Assembly: GCA_049602155.1 (NCBI GenBank)
Contig: JBMYRH010000003.1
Location: forward strand, 301,871 to 365,870
Origin: Myxococcota bacterium
Lineage (GTDB): Bacteria > Myxococcota_A > UBA9042 > PHBI01 > JBMYRH01
Direction: 5' to 3'
Length of the DNA: 64,000 nt
The translations under genes and the position numbers were made by a program. Numbering within the stretch: the stretch's first letter is position 1; the number at the start of each line of letters is the position of its first letter. Of this stretch, positions 29,799-37,877 are shown piece by piece. The notes beneath the pieces were generated by a model. That model had not been told where the DNA came from. It did no database searches and saw nothing but the letters and a program-made list of their open reading frames with translations.

Positions 29799-32700
29799 CT
29801 AGAATGTGTGACTGAAGGAGTGGTTGACGTTCACCCCAAAGCTAGTAACGAAATAAGCTGAACCAGCGACCCTCAGGCGGTTGGTGGAGGTCTGGCTCGC
29901 CTGGAAGCTCGCGCTCGCGGAGACCGAGAGGTAACTGAAGCAGCTTGAGCAGCCAAAGGGGCAGGGCCACTTGACCTTGACGTTGCCGTTAAACGAGGCA
30001 TGGACACCAAAGCTGCCACCACTCATCCCGTCGTTATCAAAATTCGCCCCGAGGCTCCCGCCGATAGACATCCCGATACCGCCGCCGGCACCTAGGCCGA
30101 GAGAGTTCGAGGTCGCTTGGGCGGTCGAGCAGGTGGCCGAGTTGAATCCGCTCGGGTACCTGAAGGTGACCGACCCACCCACTTCGATTGATCCGCTGAT
30201 GTGCCCGTTGAACGAGTTCTCAAGGACCGCAGGGTTCGTCGAGACCTGAGAGCTAAAGTTGAAGGTCCCTTGAACCTCAAGGAAGCCCCAAAAGAGGTTG
30301 GCGACGATCGGCGTCGGGGTCTCCACAGACCACCCACCCTCATCGGACTCATAGAGCACGGTGCCGTTCAACTCAAAGAACCAGGGGTCACCGCGGGGTA
30401 TCTCAACGTTGGTTGAGATACCCCCAGCCATTGAGTCGCCGCCCAGCTCGTAGTTGTTGATAAAGACCGTGCCGCTGATCCAGGGGTCGACCTGCGGGAT
30501 CGAGATGCCCGCTGCACCGGAGAGCAACGTTGGACCACTGCCAAACTGGACTTGGACATAGAGGTCGAAGCCGATAATCCCGGCCGGATCGCCGAGGCCG
30601 ATGCCCAAGCCGACGATGTAGTTCCCGAGAGATGGGTAGCCGGGTGCAGCGAGCGTCTCACCACTGCCGCCTCCCCCCCCAAAGGGCAAACAGACCTGGC
30701 CAGGGTCTGGTGGGCAGCCCGCGATGCCGTCCATCCCATAGTTGTAGCCTCCCGCGGCCGCGAACTTCTTCACGAAGGGGAGCGGGAGCCCCGCCGCGAC
30801 GATCTGAAGGTAGATGAACGTGAAGGGACTCGAACCGCTGAGCGCCGTGCCAACATCGATCGATGCGCCCACCGTCACCAGGCCGGCGATGCTCAGGTTG
30901 TTGATATAGCCAGTGAAGCGCGAGGTGGTCCCGTTATCTTCGTATGAGGCCTGGAAGGTCCCCGTGAGCGGCGCTTGCGTGAGCGCCCCAGTGATCTTCT
31001 GAATCGAGATCAGGCCAGCGTCATTGCACTTGAAATTGATGATCGTGAACTGACCAAGCGGCGGGATCACCAGCTTGGCCGAGAACGTCAACTCGCTGCC
31101 TGCGGTGATATAGCTCGCGTTGGTCACCGAGAGCTCGAAGCCCTGGAACCCCGTCGTAAACGAGGCCATGGAGAATTCGCTTATCCCTAGCCCAGTCGCC
31201 CCTGGAAGGTCCTCAAGCTTGACCACGACCCCCTCGATGGCGGTGTCAAAGTCGGGGTGTTGGGCCGAGGCCGTACCCACGAGCGAGATGAGGTCAAAGT
31301 CGTAGCTGAAGACCCCGGTGAGGCTCAGGTTACTGATCTCCATCCCCACCACTTCAATTGTGCTCGCGCCCGTCGCGCAGCATGAGCAGCCGAGGCCCAA
31401 GCCCAAGCCCACAGTCACTTGGGTCGGGGCGAAGTCCAAGACCAAGTCTATGCTGCCGTCGAGCCCTGCGAAGCCAGAGGTTGAGAGCGCACCGCCCCCT
31501 GAGAGGAAGTCCAGTTGACTGTTGGCGATGTTGTAGTTGAAGCCCACGGAGAGGTCGCAGATCTGCGCCGTGACCCCGAAGGTCGTGAACGTAATCGGCG
31601 CCGCTTGGACAAGGGTCGCCTCCAGCACCCCTGTTGGCTGCAGCACACCGGTCGCTGAGGCGAGCACGTCGGTGCCCCTGACGAGATCGATGTGGATCCC
31701 CTCGATCCCACCGAAATTCCAGTTCCCCGTCCAATCTGTATCGCCACCGAACGCGAAGCTGAAGGTCCCGTAAAGCCCGTGACGTAAAATCGCGTTGGTG
31801 CCCAGGTTGGCGTCCGCTGTGGTCGCGACCTCGAAGTCGACGATACCTGAAAGCTGCCCTTGATTATTCAACGCCAAGGTGACCTCGGTCACCTTGCCCT
31901 CGACGACCCCGAAGGTCCCCACAGCCTGCTCACCTTCCCAGGTCACGACCGCGGACGCGAATTCCTGCGAACCACCGCTGCCGGCCACTGGCGCCTGCTC
32001 TTTCCAAGCCAGGGTCACTTGGCTCAAATCCATCGTCTTGACGAAGAGCGTCTCGGTTTTGATCTCCAGGCTCGGTGGCACGTACTCGTAGCTGCACAAG
32101 CCCTGGTCGTCTTGCCCCGTAAACGCGACGCCACCAGAGGTCCAGTCAACGCTGAACGGCACCAGAGTCGAGTTGCTGATAGCGAAGGCCGATGGCGTCA
32201 GGAGGTCAAGACAGGACTCAAAGCCAGCGACGGGATCGTTGATGTCATCGCTGCCTTGGCAGTCCCCCGGGCACATCGAAGGGTTCTCGTTGATCTCGCA
32301 GACCCCATTGCCGCATTCACTGTCAATCGCCGGGCAGTTGGCGTTGCAGCTGTTGTCTGCGAGGGCGATACAGTCCTCTGTCCAGTTGCCGGTGCAGCAC
32401 GCGGAGTCGATGGCGCATACGCAGGCCGCGATGCCCTCCGTCTCGCAGCCTGGGCTACCATTCTCTGTGCAGCAGCCCCCCTCGTAGTCGGCGGGGCCGG
32501 AGTTGCTGCCCCCTTGCAAGACGGTGTTGGCAGAGGCGGCGCAGGTCGCGCCGTTTGTGTAGCCAAACTGAAGCACAATTTCCTGGAACTCCACGGGCGC
32601 CGTCGTAGCCCCGTCCAGGCCCGCGCGGAGGAAGACTTGTGAAGGGACCACCTCGCCCGCGGCCAGGTCCCACTGGTATGGGAGCGTGATTGGGCCGGTG

Positions 32701-34322
32701 CAGTCGGGGTTCAAGAAGACCTCAACGTTGCCTTGACCGAGTTGGAGCGTGGCCGTCCCTTGGCAGATCGCGCTCGGAGGCGGGATGTCGAGGCTGAGGT
32801 TGACCGCTGTGAGCAGGTCACCGGAGCCGCACGCCGATGCTGAGGTGTCGCCGAAGGACACCTCTCCGGTGCACGAGGAGATCTCAAGGTTGCAACCCGG
32901 TGGAGAAGAGGTGACCCGGATCCAGCTCTCGTGGACGTCCGTCTGAGCTGCGAAGTCCGTGACGGTCACGACGACCTTGTACTCTCCTTCGGGGAAGCTC
33001 GCCGTGTCGATTGCACCCTCCGTCTCCTCCTCTTCGTCTCTCCAGGTCTCGGGCAGGCAGTCGGCGTCGGGGCGCGCTCGGAGGTTCGCGAGGTTGTAGA
33101 CGTGCGGGGAGGTCTTCGTGACCGGCGGCTCGAAGGGGTTGTAGAGCAGATCGCTCCCGATATCGGATTCTCCAGAGCCATCGAGCCGTGCGTTCGCTTC
33201 CGCCAAGCAGTAGGGCCCGGCCTGATAGGGGGTCGCGAGCATCGGGTGGATGTAGTCGCTCACCGTGGGCGATGGCGGGGGCGCAAGGGGATCGAGGCCA
33301 AAGATCTCGACGTCGATCTGCTTGATCGCCCTCGTCGGATCTGCTGCCGCATCAACCGCCTCGCATGTGACCACCGGCGGGGCGGTCTCCGTCCCTCCGT
33401 CCGCGTCACAGCGCGGCGGACCCACGTCGCGAACGCCGACGGTAATGTCGAAGAGGGCCGGATCTCCAGGGACGCTCGCCGTCGGCACGACGACCGCGGG
33501 CACCGAGGTCCCGCCAATGTTGACCGTCTGGATCCCAAGGGCGTTGTTACCGCTCATGCTGCCGTGAGCATACATGGTGACCTGGGTGATCTGGGGCGGC
33601 GTTGTATCCCCATCCAGCGCCTGAACCGGGGCGCTCTGAGGCGCCAACCCGAGGTTCAGGTAGATCATCGGGTCGAGGTAGTATCCCTTAGGATCGAGGA
33701 CAGTGATGGTGATGCGCCCTCGAGGGCCCAGCGAGGCCGCGCCGATCCCTCGGGGTTTGCCCAGCACGTCGCCCATACGCACCACGTAGGCCTCGGGCTC
33801 CTCTTGGCTGTACTTGATGAACTTCTCTGAGAAGATCTGCGCGTCGCCTACCTCGGCCTCCGATGGGTTCAGCGGGTCATCGGCCTCCTCCGCCAAGTAG
33901 AGGGCCTTGACCGCCTTTCGGACCTCACTGGCCTGCAACCCGCCGATGAGCACGTATTGAGGGACGGCTTTGACCTCCTCAATCTCGTTGATTTGGTCCT
34001 TTTTAGGCTTCAGTGTCACCCGCACAGTGCCGTAGCCCTGGGCTTGGTCGCACCACACACCGGGGGGGCACCACTCCATGATGCCGTCCACTGGCGAGGA
34101 GATCGGGATCTCCTTCGAGATCCACATGCGCACGCCGGTGCTCATGTGGACCTGCTCATCGTCGTCTTCGTACAGCTGGCCGAAGTAACGCTCTAGGTAG
34201 AATCCGCCGTTGGCGTTCAGGTCAAAGGCAGTGGGGACCAAGAAGGGCTTCTTGCAGCCGGCCGCAAAGAGGCCAAGGGCTGCGACGATCAGGAGTGCTG
34301 CGACGAGGCGAATACGGGTCAT
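29799..34322 (-). CDS. Giant lipoprotein E (~1507 aa), beta-rich, paralogous core to protein A
   Basis: ATG 34322 forms an ATGA overlap with the D stop; the track lists a GTG at 34331. It gives MTRIRLVAALLIVAALGLFAAGC (lipobox). Gly/Ser/Thr/Val-rich repeats. Ends ...VTSFGVNVNHSFSHTF. Confidence 0.85.
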   Translation of the reverse strand: MTRIRLVAALLIVAALGLFAAGCKKPFLVPTAFDLNANGGFYLERYFGQLYEDDDEQVHMSTGVRMWISKEIPISSPVDGIMEWCPPGVWCDQAQGYGTVRVTLKPKKDQINEIEEVKAVPQYVLIGGLQASEVRKAVKALYLAEEADDPLNPSEAEVGDAQIFSEKFIKYSQEEPEAYVVRMGDVLGKPRGIGAASLGPRGRITITVLDPKGYYLDPMIYLNLGLAPQSAPVQALDGDTTPPQITQVTMYAHGSMSGNNALGIQTVNIGGTSVPAVVVPTASVPGDPALFDITVGVRDVGPPRCDADGGTETAPPVVTCEAVDAAADPTRAIKQIDVEIFGLDPLAPPPSPTVSDYIHPMLATPYQAGPYCLAEANARLDGSGESDIGSDLLYNPFEPPVTKTSPHVYNLANLRARPDADCLPETWRDEEEETEGAIDTASFPEGEYKVVVTVTDFAAQTDVHESWIRVTSSPPGCNLEISSCTGEVSFGDTSASACGSGDLLTAVNLSLDIPPPSAICQGTATLQLGQGNVEVFLNPDCTGPITLPYQWDLAAGEVVPSQVFLRAGLDGATTAPVEFQEIVLQFGYTNGATCAASANTVLQGGSNSGPADYEGGCCTENGSPGCETEGIAACVCAIDSACCTGNWTEDCIALADNSCNANCPAIDSECGNGVCEINENPSMCPGDCQGSDDINDPVAGFESCLDLLTPSAFAISNSTLVPFSVDWTSGGVAFTGQDDQGLCSYEYVPPSLEIKTETLFVKTMDLSQVTLAWKEQAPVAGSGGSQEFASAVVTWEGEQAVGTFGVVEGKVTEVTLALNNQGQLSGIVDFEVATTADANLGTNAILRHGLYGTFSFAFGGDTDWTGNWNFGGIEGIHIDLVRGTDVLASATGVLQPTGVLEATLVQAAPITFTTFGVTAQICDLSVGFNYNIANSQLDFLSGGGALSTSGFAGLDGSIDLVLDFAPTQVTVGLGLGLGCSCCATGASTIEVVGMEISNLSLTGVFSYDFDLISLVGTASAQHPDFDTAIEGVVVKLEDLPGATGLGISEFSMASFTTGFQGFELSVTNASYITAGSELTFSAKLVIPPLGQFTIINFKCNDAGLISIQKITGALTQAPLTGTFQASYEDNGTTSRFTGYINNLSIAGLVTVGASIDVGTALSGSSPFTFIYLQIVAAGLPLPFVKKFAAAGGYNYGMDGIAGCPPDPGQVCLPFGGGGGSGETLAAPGYPSLGNYIVGLGIGLGDPAGIIGFDLYVQVQFGSGPTLLSGAAGISIPQVDPWISGTVFINNYELGGDSMAGGISTNVEIPRGDPWFFELNGTVLYESDEGGWSVETPTPIVANLFWGFLEVQGTFNFSSQVSTNPAVLENSFNGHISGSIEVGGSVTFRYPSGFNSATCSTAQATSNSLGLGAGGGIGMSIGGSLGANFDNDGMSGGSFGVHASFNGNVKVKWPCPFGCSSCFSYLSVSASASFQASQTSTNRLRVAGSAYFVTSFGVNVNHSFSHTF

Positions 34323-37300
34323 TGTAGACACCCCCCAGGCGGGCCTTCATCGAACTGAGGCGCGCAGAAATCGCACACATCATCGCAGCAGTCACCAAAG
34401 TCAAAGCAGCCAGGATCGCAAGCACAATTGCCAGCGTATCCGCCGCACTGCCCTGCGCAAGAGCCGTCGATTACGCAGACCCCATTGGGGCTGCACTGCT
34501 CGCCGTCACCGCACAACCCACAGGTGCCGCCACAACCATCAGGCCCGCAGGCGCTGTCCGGCGCGCAGCTGGGTTCACACACCGGGCACTGCCCGTTGGT
34601 ACACTGTCCACCGTCAGCGCAGGTCCCACAAGAGCCCCCGCAGCCATTGGGTCCACACTGCTTACCGTCGCAGTCAGGCTCACACCCCCCCGCGCACCCG
34701 TTGGGCGGCGCCTCCAAGAAGAGGTCTCCGCATGCGTCACAGATGTCATCGCAGCAGTTCCCAAGGGCGAAGCAGAAAGCGTCGCAGGCGCAGGTCTGAG
34801 CGCTCGCGCCGCAGAGCCCCCCGCAGGAGTCAGCCGCCAAGCACTCTCCAAAGGGTGAGCAATCCTGCCCAGCCTCGCACGCGCCACAGCTGCCACCACA
34901 GCCATCATCGCCGCAGGCCTTGTCCGCGCAGTCGGGGACACACGCACCGCACACGCCAGCATGACAGACCGCGCCATCGGCACAGGACCCGCACGTTCCC
35001 CCGCAGCCATCCGAACCACAGCCCTTGCCGTCGCAGTCGGGGACACACGCTCCACAGAGCCCCTGAGCGGCGAGCCCTGGGCAAGCATCGCAAGCGTCGT
35101 CACAACAGTCACCAGTCTCAAAACACTCACCGTCGCAGAAGCAGCCACCGGGCGCAGCGCCACCACAGTAGCCGGCGCAGCTCGTCGCGTTCGTACACTG
35201 ACCGGATGGCCCGCACGCCTCCCCGTCGGCGCACACACCGCAGGTGCCTCCGCAGCCATCCGGACCACAGCTCACGCCCTCGCAGGCCGGTTGGCAGACC
35301 TCACATTGCCCAGCCGCTGTGCAATTTTCACCCTCCGCGCAGGTCCCACAGGTCTCCGCGCAACCGTCCGATCCGCACACCTTGCCTTCGCAGCTCGGCT
35401 CACACAGCCCGCAGGCGACCTGACCGGGCAGACTCAAGATGGGACCACAGGTCTCACACACGTCGGCGCAACAATCGCCGTTATCGAAGCAGCTGGAGTC
35501 GCAATAGCACTGACCCGGCGAACCGGAGCATTGCCCAGCGCAGGAAGCCGGGTCGGTGCACGCACCGAGCAAACAGTAGAGCCCATCATCACAGGCGCCG
35601 CAGCTCCCTCCACATCCATCAGAGCCACACGCTTTGCCCTCGCAGACGGGCGTGCAGAGGACGCAAGCCCCTGCGGCACAATAGTCGCCGACCTCACACT
35701 CCCCGCACTGACCGCCGCAGCCATCTGGGCCGCAGGCCTTACCCTCACACGAGGGGACGCACGGCGCACACGCACCCTCATCGTCACACACCTCACCAGC
35801 GTCGCAGGAGCCACACGCGCCACCACACCCATCGGGGCCGCAGAGCTTACCGTCGCAGCTCGGCTCGCACGGCGCGCAGCCCTCCGGCGCGGGGCCATCA
35901 AAGGCCCCTGAGCATGCATCGCAGAAGTCCGCACAGCAGTCCCCAAAGAGGACGCAATCCGCGTCGCACACGCAGTCACCGCCGACGTCACCGCAGCGGT
36001 CCACACACGAGCCCGACGAGACACATTGGAGGGAGAGCCCGCACACCTCACCTTCACCGCACGCACCGCAGCTGCCTCCGCAGCCATCTGGGCCGCAGGA
36101 GGCGCCTTCGCACGAGGGCACACACACGGTGCACGCCCCGTCATCGCAGGTCTGGCCCTCGGCGCAGTCGCCGCAGCTCCCGCCACAGCCGTCATCACCG
36201 CACACCGCGGCACCACAGTCCGGGACACAGGGTTGCCCGCAACCAACAGGCGTCGGCTCGGGGTAGACATCGACACACACGTCGCAGAGGTCGTCACAGC
36301 AGTCGCCCGTGATTTGACACGTGATCGAGCACGAGCAGCCGCCAGCGTCCAAGGAGCCGCACTTTCCAACGCAGGAGCCCGAAGCCATGCAGAGCCCATC
36401 CGCGGTGCAGAGGACCCCTTCGGCACACGCGCCACAGGTTCCGCCGCAGCCGTCGTCTCCGCATGCTTTGCCGTCGCAGCTCGGCTCGCATGCATCGCAC
36501 TTGTCCCCCGACACAGAGCACTGTTGGCCTGCCGGGCAGAGGCCGCAGAGCGTCCCGCAGCCATCATCACCGCACACTTTCCCGTCGCAAGCCGGTTGGC
36601 AGAGCGTGCAGCTCACTGGCGCATCATCTCCGCACACCGGGCAGACATCCGGACAGCACGTGCCCTTAGTCGCGCAGTCTGGGTCGCAGTCGCAGAGGGC
36701 CCCTAAGGTCCCACAGCGGTTCACGCATGAGGAGGGATTCACGCACTGCCCCTCAAGGTCGCAATAGGTCGAGTCGTCACAGGCGCCGCAGCTGCCGCCG
36801 CACCCGTCGTCACCACAGGTCTTGCCGTCGCAGCTCGCGACGCAACCTTCGCAGGCAAAGGCCGGCGAACAGGTGGTGCCCTCCGCGCACTCGCCACAGG
36901 TGCCGCCGCACCCATCGTCACCGCACGCCTTATCCGCACAGTCGGGCGTGCAATCGCAGCCAGCGATCACCACGCCGACGCAACCATCTGGCGTGCAGGC
37001 ATCGTCTGAGGTGCACGGGTCATCATCGTCGCAGGTGCTCCCGGCCTCGGCCGAGACCTCGGCACACGCTCCGTCCGCGCAGATGGCCACCATGCACGGC
37101 CCGGAGAGCTCAAAGTCGACGCACTCCTCATCAGAGACGCACCCACTCACGTCGAGGGCCGATGCATCTCCGGTCGCATCGGTCGTATCGAGCGCCGGGC
37201 CAACGTCGGCGTCTTCTGCGTCGGATGGGGCGTCGGGGACATCAGGCTCTGGCGCGACATCCTCAGCGTCCTCGGGGGGCGTCACCACATCGGCAGTGTC

Positions 37301-37564
37301 ATCAACCGGGGGCACGTCCGTGGTGTCTTCAGGGGGGGCGACGACGGCGTCATTGACGTCAAGCTCCGGGACAAGCGCGTCAGAGGCGTCAGCCTCTGGC
37401 GTGATGTCCGCCGACACAGCGGTGTCCTCAGGTGCCTCGGTGTCCGTCGGCAGTGGCGAGTCCTCGGGACCACACGCAGCTAGACAGGCGCAAAGAAGCA
37501 CCATCCGGAAGGTCACCGAGCGCTCCAAACAGGAGACACGCCTTTGATCGTCAATTGCCCGCAT
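34319..37564 (-). CDS. Hyper-Cys-rich repeat lipoprotein D (1081 aa)
   Basis: Lipoprotein signal MVLLCACLAACG; an alternative start at ATG 37504 is possible. Acidic Pro/Asp/Glu linker. By my count, 15 C..C.GK.CG.DGCGG.CG.C modules are interleaved with 7 SC.G.CG....C.CD..C...GDCC.D.C..C modules. Confidence 0.85.
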   Translation of the reverse strand: MRAIDDQRRVSCLERSVTFRMVLLCACLAACGPEDSPLPTDTEAPEDTAVSADITPEADASDALVPELDVNDAVVAPPEDTTDVPPVDDTADVVTPPEDAEDVAPEPDVPDAPSDAEDADVGPALDTTDATGDASALDVSGCVSDEECVDFELSGPCMVAICADGACAEVSAEAGSTCDDDDPCTSDDACTPDGCVGVVIAGCDCTPDCADKACGDDGCGGTCGECAEGTTCSPAFACEGCVASCDGKTCGDDGCGGSCGACDDSTYCDLEGQCVNPSSCVNRCGTLGALCDCDPDCATKGTCCPDVCPVCGDDAPVSCTLCQPACDGKVCGDDGCGTLCGLCPAGQQCSVSGDKCDACEPSCDGKACGDDGCGGTCGACAEGVLCTADGLCMASGSCVGKCGSLDAGGCSCSITCQITGDCCDDLCDVCVDVYPEPTPVGCGQPCVPDCGAAVCGDDGCGGSCGDCAEGQTCDDGACTVCVPSCEGASCGPDGCGGSCGACGEGEVCGLSLQCVSSGSCVDRCGDVGGDCVCDADCVLFGDCCADFCDACSGAFDGPAPEGCAPCEPSCDGKLCGPDGCGGACGSCDAGEVCDDEGACAPCVPSCEGKACGPDGCGGQCGECEVGDYCAAGACVLCTPVCEGKACGSDGCGGSCGACDDGLYCLLGACTDPASCAGQCSGSPGQCYCDSSCFDNGDCCADVCETCGPILSLPGQVACGLCEPSCEGKVCGSDGCAETCGTCAEGENCTAAGQCEVCQPACEGVSCGPDGCGGTCGVCADGEACGPSGQCTNATSCAGYCGGAAPGGCFCDGECFETGDCCDDACDACPGLAAQGLCGACVPDCDGKGCGSDGCGGTCGSCADGAVCHAGVCGACVPDCADKACGDDGCGGSCGACEAGQDCSPFGECLAADSCGGLCGASAQTCACDAFCFALGNCCDDICDACGDLFLEAPPNGCAGGCEPDCDGKQCGPNGCGGSCGTCADGGQCTNGQCPVCEPSCAPDSACGPDGCGGTCGLCGDGEQCSPNGVCVIDGSCAGQCGGYAGNCACDPGCFDFGDCCDDVCDFCAPQFDEGPPGGCLQ

Positions 37565-37728
37565 CCCCTTGAGGCTAGAGGGTCGAGAGACAGACGGTCA
37601 AGCAACGAGGGGCCCCTCTGAGACCTGAGATCTGGGGCCCCGCCATACCCAACGTACAAACGCGAACCGGATGACCTCAAAAACTCAATACTTTCAAATT
37701 GTTGCAACCCTGCGAGTCACATCTTCAC

Positions 37729-37748
37729 GGCGCGCGAGTCGGCGCGCC
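37729..37748 (-). terminator. GC hairpin between the CRTAC1-like gene and gene D
   Basis: ggcgcgc-gagtcg-gcgcgcc (7-bp stem) ~130 nt downstream of the 37878 stop, immediately before an AT-rich stretch (37660-37715) that probably carries the promoter of D. No U-tract. Confidence 0.3.
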
Positions 37749-37877
37749 TCTAGAGAGAAATCCTGAAACCGTTCAGAGCGACCTGTGAGCCCGTGCCTGC
37801 TCATCACCACGATGCGATCAGAGTCCGGGCTCAAAGTCGTCCGCGGACCGGACACCGATTCACGTGTCACAGGCGTG

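Noticed and set aside
34210-36312. 700-aa + strand ORF, extremely Arg/His/Ser/Pro-rich, plus several other long + strand ORFs through 34.4-37.5 kb
   Set aside because: It is antisense to the Cys-rich gene D. GC-rich Cys/Gly/Asp codon repeats rarely produce stop codons on the opposite strand. The composition is not protein-like and there is no start context.
37565-37877. Search for a sigma54 (TGGCAC-N5-TTGC) or clear sigma70 promoter upstream of gene D; also searched 10157-10356 upstream of gene A
   Set aside because: TTGCAA is present on the - strand near 37708, but there is no GG element at the required 12-nt offset, and no hexamer pair with 16-18-nt spacing was convincing. No promoter is called.
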